Source: an uncultured archaeon (lineage in GTDB: Archaea; Thermoproteota; Nitrososphaeria; Nitrososphaerales; Gagatemarchaeaceae). From it: DNA of 32,000 bases. The position numbers were made by a program, and so were the translations under genes. Location: contig CAWCYD010000002.1 of the NCBI GenBank assembly GCA_963799775.1, positions 296,990 to 328,989 of the forward strand, read 5' to 3'. Under the pieces are notes generated by a model, which searched no databases, had not been told where the DNA came from, and worked only from the letters and a program-made list of their open reading frames with translations. The first letter of the stretch is position 1. Every line of letters begins with the position of its first letter. Shown here piece after piece: positions 8,255-17,003 of this stretch.

Positions 8255-8518
8255 ATGACACTCTCTTCGGAGTCGGAACGTCCGCTGTGGGCGAAGGCAG
8301 ACTTCTCGGTCGACGTCACGGGCGAGAGCTGTCCCATACCGGAGCTGACCGCCGCGAAGAAGCTGAAAGAGATGCCAGACGCCAAGGTCCTTGAAGTGCT
8401 CACCGACCATCAGGCGTCAGTGGACGTAACCCTTCCAGACCTCGCAAGAGGCAAGGGATACCCTTTCTACTCGGAGAAGAGCGGCGACCTATATCGAGTC
8501 TTCATAGCAAAGCGGTGA
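8255..8518 (+). CDS. tusA: TusA/SirA-family sulfurtransferase
   Basis: ~87 aa from the internal ATG of ORF 8198..8518. The CPIP (CPxP) active-site motif is in the expected N-terminal position. It lies immediately upstream of yeeE. Confidence 0.7.
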   Translation: MTLSSESERPLWAKADFSVDVTGESCPIPELTAAKKLKEMPDAKVLEVLTDHQASVDVTLPDLARGKGYPFYSEKSGDLYRVFIAKR

Positions 8519-8522
8519 GCCG

Positions 8523-9782
8523 ATGCCTGCTCCCACGATGCTGCCCGAGCACGTGCTCCCCTTCGGCTACGTCTTCGTCTATGCGGCCTTCGGCGTAAGC
8601 GGCTTCATCTTGGGGTGGGTGGCACAACGGGGAAACTACTGCTTCGTGAACGCGATGTCCTCCGTGTTCACGACCAGGAGCTACGATAGGTTCGGGGCGC
8701 TCCTCATCCTCTTTGGGGGGTCCGCACTCGCGACGGGGTTGTTGGTAGTCGCGGGCGTGGTCCCTGCTGTCGACCAATACTATGACAACTACTTCTCAGG
8801 CTGGTACATCTTGGTCGGCGCCGTGGTCTTCGGCTTCGGCGCCACGATGGCCGGGGGGTGCAACCTCTCGATGTTGTACAGGGCGGCTAGCGGTTACGTC
8901 CAGAACTGGCTGGAGCTCGTGGGGATGATGGTCGGGACTTACCTCTTCGCCGTGTTGGTGTGGCCGTTCCAGTCGCTCACCATGCAGAACGGGATTCTCT
9001 CCACGACAATGGGCGCCTACAAGGAATATCTCCCGTACGACCTCTTCCACTCCGTCTCGGCGACCACGGTGGGCGTCACGGCCCTGCTGGTCGGGGTGCC
9101 CTTGATCGCTGCGGGGTTCTACCTCCAGTCCAAGACGCGCTCCCGACGATTGCTAGAGACAGCCGGCTCGCCGATATCCGGCCTCCCGATGCCGATGGCG
9201 TCCCTCTCCCGCCAGGCCAGCGTGGGCCCGCTTCCATCCATCGGGTCCCCAACGCCTGGACGCAGCCTCGGTGGGGCCAAGGAGATCCTGCTCCTAAGGC
9301 GACCATACGGCGCCAACCTCTCAACGCTATTGCTCGGCGGGTCGCTACTGCTTGTGTTCGTGGCTGGGGCGGGTTACACGTTCAACTATCTCGTGATCAC
9401 TTCGTCCGATGGGGGGAGGTTCCTAGAGTACATTCTGATGCCCTTCGGCGTGAACCTGGCACTGGGCACGCCCTGGTATGACAACGCTCTCCCGATCGTC
9501 GACCCAAGCGTCCTCATGGTGGTGATGCTCATAGTGGGCGCGTTCCTTGCCAGCTACCTGAGCAAGGACTTCAAGGTAAGGATCCCGCGACAGAGGAAGA
9601 GGCTCGCCATCGGGTTCGGCGGCGGCATTCTGGTCGGACTCGGTGTGAGGACCGCTCTCGGCTGCAACGTAGGCCTCATGTGGACCAACTTCGCCCAGCT
9701 GGGCTATGACGGGATGCTCTTCCTTCCGTCGATGCTCTTCGGCGTCTGGATCGCGGTCAAGGTCCAAAGGAGGCTCGTATGA
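8523..9782 (+). CDS. yeeE: YeeE/YedE family sulfur-compound (thiosulfate) transporter
   Basis: 419 aa, polytopic, with the three conserved Cys motifs of the family (GNYCFVNA, GGCNLSM, LGCNVG). It pairs with tusA. Confidence 0.75.
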   Translation: MPAPTMLPEHVLPFGYVFVYAAFGVSGFILGWVAQRGNYCFVNAMSSVFTTRSYDRFGALLILFGGSALATGLLVVAGVVPAVDQYYDNYFSGWYILVGAVVFGFGATMAGGCNLSMLYRAASGYVQNWLELVGMMVGTYLFAVLVWPFQSLTMQNGILSTTMGAYKEYLPYDLFHSVSATTVGVTALLVGVPLIAAGFYLQSKTRSRRLLETAGSPISGLPMPMASLSRQASVGPLPSIGSPTPGRSLGGAKEILLLRRPYGANLSTLLLGGSLLLVFVAGAGYTFNYLVITSSDGGRFLEYILMPFGVNLALGTPWYDNALPIVDPSVLMVVMLIVGAFLASYLSKDFKVRIPRQRKRLAIGFGGGILVGLGVRTALGCNVGLMWTNFAQLGYDGMLFLPSMLFGVWIAVKVQRRLV

Positions 9783-10087
9783 CCACTCAAGCGGTTTCCA
9801 CGAGGGAGAGCTACCTCCGACTGGTCGCGCCCATCGTGCTGGTGCTCTTCGTGGTGGGGTGGTATCAGTTCTCTCTAGTCTACATTCAAGGGGCGGACAA
9901 CCAGCTGGTTGCAGGCGGAAACCTCGGGGTCTACGTCCCTGTCCAGCAGGTCCAGGGCTATCTCGACGCCCTTCTCTACGCGACATACGTCGGCGCCGCC
10001 CTGGGCCTTGTCGTCTTCTTCTACAACCTGGCCAAAGTCCTCGGAACCCGTTCCCGCCGCGGTTTAGCCAAGCACGCTCAGGGCTAA
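9779..10087 (+). CDS. Small two-TM membrane protein, start overlaps the yeeE stop (ATGA)
   Basis: 102-aa ORF with two hydrophobic helices. The 4-nt overlap suggests translational coupling to yeeE. Confidence 0.45.
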   Translation: MTTQAVSTRESYLRLVAPIVLVLFVVGWYQFSLVYIQGADNQLVAGGNLGVYVPVQQVQGYLDALLYATYVGAALGLVVFFYNLAKVLGTRSRRGLAKHAQG

Positions 10088-10962
10088 CTTGGACTGACTC
10101 CTCGGAGCCTCAGAGCAAGAAGCATGGTGAGCACGACCGCGGATATGAACGCCGCCGACGAGAGCATCGGCACCAGTGCCGAAAGAAGGGTCACGCTGGC
10201 GCTCGTCGCTGGAACAGGGGGCGCCGTGATGTTCAGGGACCCCACGTACGCCGAGTAGGCCACAAGGATTGCAGGGACCACGCCGAACGCCGAGGAAGCC
10301 CGTGACCCGCTCCTGGTCATCGCAAGCGCTAAGACGACGAGCGTCGCGAGGAGAAGGGCGCCCAGCCCCTCGTGAATGAGAAAGGGCGGCGATGATTCCG
10401 CGTTCAGAAAGGCTGGAAGCTCCCGTCCCAAAGGAAGAGAGAAGACGGGGCCCGCGACAAAGAGATTCACATACATCCCGGAGACGAAGACGAGGTAGAA
10501 GAGCAGCAGTGCAGCGTAGCTCAGGAGCAATCGTCCCGCGCCTTCGTCGGCACGCGCTTCACCCCCGAGCGAGAGAACAGAGAGGAAGGTCAGGAACATC
10601 CCCGTCCCGAACGCGACAGCCATTATCATGCTCTGGACGGACACCGACGCTCCCCCTAGGACGAAGGCTAAACCTGACTCGCCTGCCAAGACCATGGACG
10701 CCGAAGCAAGCAAGCACAACAGCAGGTGGGGCCTCTTCCCATTCGCCCATGCCAGCGCGAGGATGAATACGCTCGTCGCCGCGCTCAATGAGGCGAATAT
10801 GACGTGGATTTCGACAGGCGGCGTCGTGAGGATCGAGGAGGCGCTGGTCCCGGGGATGATGATGACGAACCCGTTGACGTAGATCCCTGCCAGCCAAGTC
10901 ACAGAGAGGAAGACGAGCTGTAGCCGCGAGGCGTCCGCTATCTTGCGGGCGAGCGATGCCAC
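10084..10962 (-). CDS. Polytopic membrane protein with an internal two-fold duplication, unknown function
   Basis: 292 aa. The halves align by eye (LAGIYVNGFV / VSGMYVNLFV; PVEIHVIFASL / PFLIHEGLGAL). GTG start 10962 lies 32 nt downstream of a TTAAATAA box. Confidence 0.5.
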   Translation of the reverse strand: MASLARKIADASRLQLVFLSVTWLAGIYVNGFVIIIPGTSASSILTTPPVEIHVIFASLSAATSVFILALAWANGKRPHLLLCLLASASMVLAGESGLAFVLGGASVSVQSMIMAVAFGTGMFLTFLSVLSLGGEARADEGAGRLLLSYAALLLFYLVFVSGMYVNLFVAGPVFSLPLGRELPAFLNAESSPPFLIHEGLGALLLATLVVLALAMTRSGSRASSAFGVVPAILVAYSAYVGSLNITAPPVPATSASVTLLSALVPMLSSAAFISAVVLTMLLALRLRGVSPS

Positions 10963-10986
10963 GATTGGCCCAGGGCCGCTCCCATG

Positions 10987-10994
10987 TTATTTAA
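10987..10994 (-). promoter_or_regulatory. TATA-like box TTAAATAA, 32 nt upstream of GTG start 10962
   Basis: The same octamer occurs at 26198-26205 and 26356-26363. Confidence 0.45.
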
Positions 10995-11076
10995 CCGACT
11001 CTGGCGTCGGCGTCAGTAGTGGGACTCCACATCGGCTATAACCGGAAACGGTTCGCGGGCTAGGGGGCGGGTCGTC

Positions 11077-12377
11077 TTGACTAGGTCCAACAAGGAAGAG
11101 CGCAGCAGCCGCTGGTTCTACTCCCAGCTCCCGGTCGAGATCGCCGTCGGGCCGGTGAGCACTCTCATCCAGCTCTACATCCTGGAGCTCCACGGGACCG
11201 TCATCGACGTAGGCCTCGCCATAACCTTGTTCAACGCCGTGAGCATACCCGCGGCTATCATCTGGGGGTACGTGACCGACCGCTTCCAGAGCAGGAAGAC
11301 TATACTCGTCCTCTCCTGCGTCGCCATAGCCGCCAACCTGATCCTCCTGCCGCTCGCGACTAGCATTTCAACCGCGGCTCTCGTCTATGCTCTCTTCGCA
11401 CTCGTCTCGTCCGCGTCCGCCACGCCGGCGAACCTCCTGATCATGGAGACGAACCGCAAGTCAAGATGGGCGTCAGCTTTCGCTCGCTTCTCGATGATCT
11501 CAAGCGTGGGCGTCACCTTGGGACTTCTCCTCGGCATCGCATGGTCCTCCTATCTCCCCCTCTCGCTCTTCGTCGTCCCCTTGGCGGCGCTCTCAATCGT
11601 GTCTGCAATCCTCTCGGTTGTCATGATCAAGGAGCCACCGATGCCCTTCGAGAGAGAGGTCATCGCTATGCAGAAGCGTAGCTTCCAGCAACGCCTCCTC
11701 GCCCTCCCTCTCCTCTTCCTTCGACTCCCCAACATAGTCGACTTCAAGTCGGTATTCACGGGACTGAGGAACACACTCACCAGCCAGCTGCCTCTCCTCT
11801 ATCTCTCGGTCTTCACCTTCTACGTCGCTAGCGGCCTGTTCAACACGTCCTTCATCCCGTCGCTGGGCGCCGCCGGGCTGAGCGCGAACGAGGTCCATCC
11901 TCATCACGATGCTGGCGAACTTTGCGCAGACGGCCTCCTTCTACTTCGCCGGTCCTTATGTCGAGAAGAGGGGTGAGCATGAGGAAAACCGCGGTGGCTG
12001 GGCTGCTCATCCGCCTTGCGTGCTATGGCTCGATAGGCGCCCTAGCCGGATTCACAAGAGGGCTATACTACTTGGTTGGGACTGCCGTATTCTATCCCAT
12101 CGCCGGCGGTCTCGCCTTCGCGATATACTACACCTCGTCCAACACGATGATATTCAACACTCTCGGCGCCAAGAACCAAGGATCTAGGCTCGGAGTCTAC
12201 AGCCTTGTCGTCGGCGTTGCCACCATGATAGGGTCGTTCATCTCGGGCTACCTCTCTTTCTATCTGGGCTTTCTCGCGACCTTCGTCCTGGCCGCGGGGC
12301 TGCTCGCTCTGAGCGCGACCCTCATCCCTTATGTCTCCGGGAGCCAACAGGAGAACGCAGTCAGTCTGTTCGATTGA
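11077..12377 (+). CDS. MFS-type transporter, interrupted by two frameshifts as assembled
   Basis: ORFs 11077..11976, 11909..12187 and 11922..12377 together give about 12 TM segments. The path is ...LSANEV / ILITMLANFAQTASFYFAGPYVEKRG / RKTAVAGLLIRLACYG..., with shifts near 11896 (CC run) and 11970-11988 (G4 or A4 run). Confidence 0.65.
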
Positions 12378-12407
12378 AGGGAGAGCGAAGGCAGAGTTTG
12401 AGAGACG

Positions 12408-12983
12408 TCAACCCTGCCTCCATTGCCCTGCCCGACGCCGCCGTGTCCACTGGACGTAGAACCCTGCGAGCGCGAGCACGAGCGAGATGACGAAGGCCAC
12501 AACGGGAGTGGCGCCGAAGAAGATCAGAACCCCGTAGAGGATCACTCCCCCAACGATCGCCGTGACGAGCTCCAGGAGCTTGCTCGATATAGCCACACCG
12601 ATGAAGAAGAGGATTATTCCGACGACAACAGCGAGCAACTCAGAATGGACTAGGAACCTCGTTGCGAGATAGCCGAAGTATCCAAGCGCCAGACCCATTC
12701 CTATGTGGACGAGGAGAAGCCCGATCAGGCCTCCGAGGACGAACCCGACGACTCCGCCGATTATCGCTCCTATCACTCCCAGGAAGAGGCCTCCTGCAGC
12801 CAGCCCAAACGCGGCTCCGGCGAACCCGACTACGAGGAAAGCGAGCCCCTTGATGATCGAGCGTCCCGCGAACATCAAGGCCACTGAAAGGACGACCAGA
12901 ATGAGGGCGTAGAGGGTTCCGCCTATACCCGATAAGAAATGCGGAAAGAAACTGGTCGCGAGCTCCGCCGGTGAGAAGCTCAT
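12408..12983 (-). CDS. Gly/Ala/Leu-rich polytopic membrane protein, unknown function
   Basis: 191-aa ORF, almost entirely hydrophobic helices with GxxxG-like runs and a basic C-terminus RRRRAGQWRQG. Confidence 0.5.
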   Translation of the reverse strand: MSFSPAELATSFFPHFLSGIGGTLYALILVVLSVALMFAGRSIIKGLAFLVVGFAGAAFGLAAGGLFLGVIGAIIGGVVGFVLGGLIGLLLVHIGMGLALGYFGYLATRFLVHSELLAVVVGIILFFIGVAISSKLLELVTAIVGGVILYGVLIFFGATPVVAFVISLVLALAGFYVQWTRRRRAGQWRQG

Positions 12984-13051
12984 GTGGGGCTAGGACCGCA
13001 CCAGACCGCCTCGTCAATAAGCCTTGTCAGGTCTAGGTAGGCGATGACGAG

Positions 13052-13059
13052 AATATTTA
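13052..13059 (+). promoter_or_regulatory. TATA-like box AATATTTA, 30 nt upstream of TTG start 13082
   Basis: A/T-rich octamer at the recurrent spacing. Confidence 0.35.
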
Positions 13060-13081
13060 CCTCCTGACGGACGTCTCGGGC

Positions 13082-13883
13082 TTGCCCTTGAAGCAGGGGT
13101 TGACCGACTATCCGATTGGCAATGGGCGGGGACAGGTCTACGTCTCCGAACCAAAAGGCCCTCGACCGCTCGGCCAAGTCATCGTTATTCACGAGGTCTG
13201 GGGGTTCACCCCCTTCATCGAATACGTCTGCGGGCGGCTCGCGCAGCAGGGATTCCGCGCCGCGGCTCCCCTCCTTTATTGGAGGGAGAAGGCCCATCTT
13301 CTCCCCGGAGAGGGTCCGCAGAGGCCTCAAGCTCGTTTGGAACCTGAGCCTCAAAGAGAGGTATCAGCCTGGCAAGCTGGAATCGGCCCTCAGCCAGGGC
13401 CGCGCTTCACCCGAGACAGCCAAGATGTTGCGGCTCCTCTACGATAGGCGGTTCAGGGTGGCTATCCTTGACGACGTGCGTCATCTGGCTAGGTCTCTCT
13501 CGACCGAGCACCCGGGGACAGGTCTGGCGGCAATGGGCTTCTCCATGGGTGGAAAGCTCGCGCTAGAGTTGGCCGCCGCCTTCCCAGAAACGAGAGCCTG
13601 CGCCGCCTTCTCCGCAGCGCCAGTGCGTGGAGCGGCGCTTCGGAAGATCCGTTGCCCCATACTCTTGCTCTACGGGAGCAAGGACACGTTCATGACTGGC
13701 GACCTCCCGGACTTTTTGCGCGACGCCATGGACTCGGGGAAAGACCTGACCCTGAAGATCCTCCCATCGGCAGGCCATGAGTTCTTCGACAACACCGCCA
13801 AGTCTGGATACAACGCCCCTGCGTCGAGTGCCGCGTGGTCTGCGTGCCTGAATCTTCTACAGGCAGCATTCTCGAACAGGTGA
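13082..13883 (+). CDS. Dienelactone hydrolase family (alpha/beta hydrolase), one frameshift near 13292
   Basis: The N-terminus VIVIHEVWGFTPFIEYVCGRLAQQGFRAAAPLLY (ORF 13082..13447) continues in ORF 13116..13883 with the nucleophile elbow GFSMGG, then LLLYGSKD and GHEF. Confidence 0.7.
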
Positions 13884-14070
13884 AAACTGGAACCGCATCG
13901 GCTGCTGCGAAGAGACGACACATGCTGCTTGTGCCAGAGGCAGGGGCTTTTCCGCGGCCCCACCCTCGGGCAACCCTACTTCCTCGATAGCAGAGAGAAG
14001 CGAGCGGCCCTGGATAATAATCAATTTTGGTGCAAGCGTCTAAAAATCGAGCCAAACTCAGCGATTTCGC

Positions 14071-15018
14071 CTACGTCGGCGGCGGGGGGACTATCTCGTC
14101 CAGAGCTCTCAACACCTCTTCCGGAGGCCTCGCTTCCAGCTGCTTGACGTTTTCTTCCACCTGCTCCGGATTGGAGGCCCCCACTATCATCGATGTGACG
14201 GCGGGGTTCTTCGCGATCCAGCCCAGGGCGACCTGAGACAGCGACATCCTTGCCGACTGCGCGAGGGCCTTGAACCTCTCCAGGACGGCGTAATTCTGAT
14301 GCTGGTTCATCCTCCCCCAAAACTTCGGGTAGAGCGCTCCCCTCGTCCTGGTCGGGGCAGGAGCCCCTTCGGAGTACTTCCCTGTCAAGAAGCCGCCGGC
14401 CAGGGCGGAATAGCTTATGACGCCGAGGCCCTCAGATTGGCAGTAGGGAAGCAGCTCCTTCTCCGCCTCCCGGTTCAGGAGGTTGTAAGGGGGCTGTAGC
14501 AGCACTATCCTCTCCAGCCCCAGCCTGCCGCTCACCTCATTCATCGCGCGGATGTTCTCAACCGTGAAGTTTGAGCACCCGAGGTAGAGCATCTTTCCGT
14601 CCCTGATCAACTCGTCGAACGTCTTCAGGCTCTCGTCGAGGGGCGTCTCGGGGTCGAACCTGTGCATGTAGTAGATGTCGAGGTGGTCGGTCTGAAGCAG
14701 GCGCAGGCTCTCCTCCAGCTGCCACAAGATGTGCTTCCGGGAGAGGCCCGAGTCGTTCGGGCCTTCACCCACATCGTGCCCCAGCTTCGTCGCGATCACG
14801 AACCTGTCCCTGTCGCCCTTGATCGCCTTGCCGATGATCTCCTCGGACTTCCTCTTCGTGTAGACGTTGGCAGTGTCGATGCTGACCACTCCGAGGTCGA
14901 TCGCCTTCCTAATCACGCGGATGGAGGTCTGCTCGTCGACGTCTCGCCCAAAGTTGTTGGTCCCGAGCGTCATCCTCGACACCTTGAGGCCTGTCTTCCC
15001 GACCGACCTGTACTCCAA
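14071..15018 (-). CDS. Aldo/keto reductase family oxidoreductase
   Basis: 315 aa, intact. GLKVSRMTLGTNNFG, IDTANVY (catalytic Tyr context) and VIATKLGH are typical AKR motifs. Confidence 0.85.
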   Translation of the reverse strand: MEYRSVGKTGLKVSRMTLGTNNFGRDVDEQTSIRVIRKAIDLGVVSIDTANVYTKRKSEEIIGKAIKGDRDRFVIATKLGHDVGEGPNDSGLSRKHILWQLEESLRLLQTDHLDIYYMHRFDPETPLDESLKTFDELIRDGKMLYLGCSNFTVENIRAMNEVSGRLGLERIVLLQPPYNLLNREAEKELLPYCQSEGLGVISYSALAGGFLTGKYSEGAPAPTRTRGALYPKFWGRMNQHQNYAVLERFKALAQSARMSLSQVALGWIAKNPAVTSMIVGASNPEQVEENVKQLEARPPEEVLRALDEIVPPPPT

Positions 15019-15091
15019 CGGCGTTGCGCCGGCACCGAACGCGGTTGAAATCTCTTTCCGACGCTCCGAAGGGTTCGTGCATCAGAGTGGG

Positions 15092-15099
15092 CTAAATAC
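15092..15099 (+). promoter_or_regulatory. TATA-like box CTAAATAC, 32 nt upstream of ATG 15124
   Basis: A/T-rich octamer at the recurrent spacing. Confidence 0.4.
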
Positions 15100-15123
15100 C
15101 GGGACGGTCGCGGGTGGCTTCAG

Positions 15124-16065
15124 ATGGATTTCCGGAGCAGGAGGTTCCAGGCAGTGACCGCCGTGGTCGTGGTCGCGCTGATAGCCGGGACCTTCGCCTA
15201 CTACACGACAACTGGTGGAGTCACCTCCACGAGCACTGTAAAGTCGACCCCCTCCACGGAGGTCTCCTTCCCCAGCACATCAGGAGGGTCCTCCGGCACC
15301 TCGCAGACCGTGTCGACCAACTCCCAAAAGACCCTGACGGTTGTCTCCTCAACGACAATCCCTTGCACCTCTGGCGTCGGTGCCGGGGCGACCGGGACCT
15401 CGACCACGACGGCGACGAGCCTTCCAGACTTCATCCCGCTCTTCAGCACCGTCTCGGCGATGACAATGCTCGCCCAGCAGGTGATAGTGGACCAGTACGG
15501 GAGGGTCAATTCCACGACAATCCTGGCTAGCTATCAGGTGACAGGCAGGGTCCCGATGGAGGGGACGAGCGCCTACGTCGTCAAGATGAGCGTGGCCGCG
15601 AACCAGACTAGCTACGCGGTAGTCAATGGGACAAGCAACCAAGGCAACGCCACGGCCTACTTCGACCCTGAAGGGGATCTCCTTCTCTACACGCAGACCA
15701 ACCTGAACCAGACCGGGCCGGCGGCCATCCCTCTGGCAGCGCTCTACTTGGACTGGTTCGACAACGAGCTCATCTCGACGCAACAGCTCGCCAGCTACGC
15801 CAATCCGGGTCTCGACTCGAACTTGAACACGACCGCGGTCAACCTCGGCCCGACGTCGATGAACGTCACCTTTGCCCAACCGAAGGCCATCCCATACAGC
15901 GTCACCCAATGCGGGGGGACGACCATCGTGGAGGACGTCCTCTTCGCCTACGGCGTGGTGCCAGGGACGCAGACGCCGGTGATCACATACTACTACTCTA
16001 TAGGGACGGACGGCGGCGCGAACGAGGACCTTGGGTACGAGTCCTTCTCGATAACTCCCGCTTAG
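15124..16065 (+). CDS. N-terminally anchored extracellular protein with Ser/Thr-rich stalk and sequon-rich globular domain, unknown function
   Basis: 313 aa. TM VTAVVVVALIAGTFAYY, then about 80 aa rich in Ser/Thr, then a domain with many N-x-S/T sequons (NST, NQT, NGT, NAT, NQT, NTT, NVT). Confidence 0.55.
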   Translation: MDFRSRRFQAVTAVVVVALIAGTFAYYTTTGGVTSTSTVKSTPSTEVSFPSTSGGSSGTSQTVSTNSQKTLTVVSSTTIPCTSGVGAGATGTSTTTATSLPDFIPLFSTVSAMTMLAQQVIVDQYGRVNSTTILASYQVTGRVPMEGTSAYVVKMSVAANQTSYAVVNGTSNQGNATAYFDPEGDLLLYTQTNLNQTGPAAIPLAALYLDWFDNELISTQQLASYANPGLDSNLNTTAVNLGPTSMNVTFAQPKAIPYSVTQCGGTTIVEDVLFAYGVVPGTQTPVITYYYSIGTDGGANEDLGYESFSITPA

Positions 16066-17003
16066 CCTGTCTTCTCACTTTCCTGGCGGGGGATGATGGG
16101 GCCGTCCGTCTTCTCCAAGTCGTCGAAGAGGTTCAGGAGCATCTTCCCGATCGGGGTGACCTCATACATCCTCACGTTCCCGTAAGCGGCCTGTTCCCTC
16201 ACGAACCCGTACTTGTTGAGGATCTGAACATGCCGGTCGACCGTCTTCCAGTCCACACCCAGCTCCTCGGCAAGTTGGAGCCTGTCCTTCGGCGTGCTCA
16301 GGGTGTTGAGCACCCTAATCCTTGTGGCACCTCCTTTCATCTTCATGAAGAGCTCGAACACGTCCGTGTCGAAGCCCATCTCCATGTAGCGAGACCTGAG
16401 CCTGCCGCGCCACACCCACGCTCCTCCCAAGAGGATCCATGCCAGAGGAGCGACGAACAGGGACGCAGACTGCACGTCCCTCAGCATGGTCTCTCCGCCG
16501 GCCGCGGCCGCTAGGCCGCCCACGTTCGCGACCTGCGACGTGGCAGTCGTCGTAGAGGCTGCTGCCGTCGTGCTCCCGGCGACAGGTCGAGATTGCGCAG
16601 CCGTGCTCGTTGGCTGGACTGGGGTGGTCGAGGCGGTCACTGTCGAGGTCGTCGTGACGACGCTCGAGACCGTCGTGCGGGCGCCGGCAACCGTGGTAGT
16701 GCTCGCCGCTCCTTGCCCAGCCTCGGCAGTGCTGGAGGGAGTGGTGGTCGCGGTTACTGTGGTCTCGGCATTGGACGACTCCGTCGACGCGCTGGAGACA
16801 GTGCTGCTACTGGCCAGACCCGAGGCGGAGCTCGACTGCTGGGTCGACCCGGTGGGGACCGAGGTCTCGGTCGAGGTCGCGATCGTCGTGGAGGCAGCAT
16901 ATTGGTTGGCCGAAGGAGACCCGAGCAGACCCCAGACTGCCAGGGAAGACGTGAGGACGGCGATTACCATAAGGGAGGCTAGGATCGGCCCGGTCTTGTT
17001 CAA
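16062..17003 (-). CDS. Membrane-tethered winged-helix (ArsR-like HTH) regulator with an extracellular Ser/Thr/Ala-rich stalk
   Basis: 313 aa. TM1 ILASLMVIAVLTSSLAVWGLL, about 140 aa Ser/Thr/Ala-rich, TM2 LFVAPLAWILLGGAWVW followed by RGRLRSR. The C-terminal ~110 aa reads RIRVLNTLSTPKDRLQLAEELGVDWKTVDRHVQILNKYGFV, a typical wHTH recognition region. Confidence 0.65.
   Translation of the reverse strand: MNKTGPILASLMVIAVLTSSLAVWGLLGSPSANQYAASTTIATSTETSVPTGSTQQSSSASGLASSSTVSSASTESSNAETTVTATTTPSSTAEAGQGAASTTTVAGARTTVSSVVTTTSTVTASTTPVQPTSTAAQSRPVAGSTTAAASTTTATSQVANVGGLAAAAGGETMLRDVQSASLFVAPLAWILLGGAWVWRGRLRSRYMEMGFDTDVFELFMKMKGGATRIRVLNTLSTPKDRLQLAEELGVDWKTVDRHVQILNKYGFVREQAAYGNVRMYEVTPIGKMLLNLFDDLEKTDGPIIPRQESEKTG

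Noticed and set aside
9423-10305. ORFs 9423..9986 (-) and 9706..10305 (+), 187-199 aa, Arg/Pro/Gly-rich
   Set aside because: They are off-frame or antisense to yeeE, the small TM gene and the 10084..10962 membrane protein, with the composition typical of spurious GC-rich ORFs.
13884-14070. 187-nt convergent intergenic region with an AT-rich patch (GGATAATAATCAATTTTGG...CTAAAAATCG)
   Set aside because: These are probably oligo-T termination signals for the two convergent genes. I could not support a specific structured element or gene.
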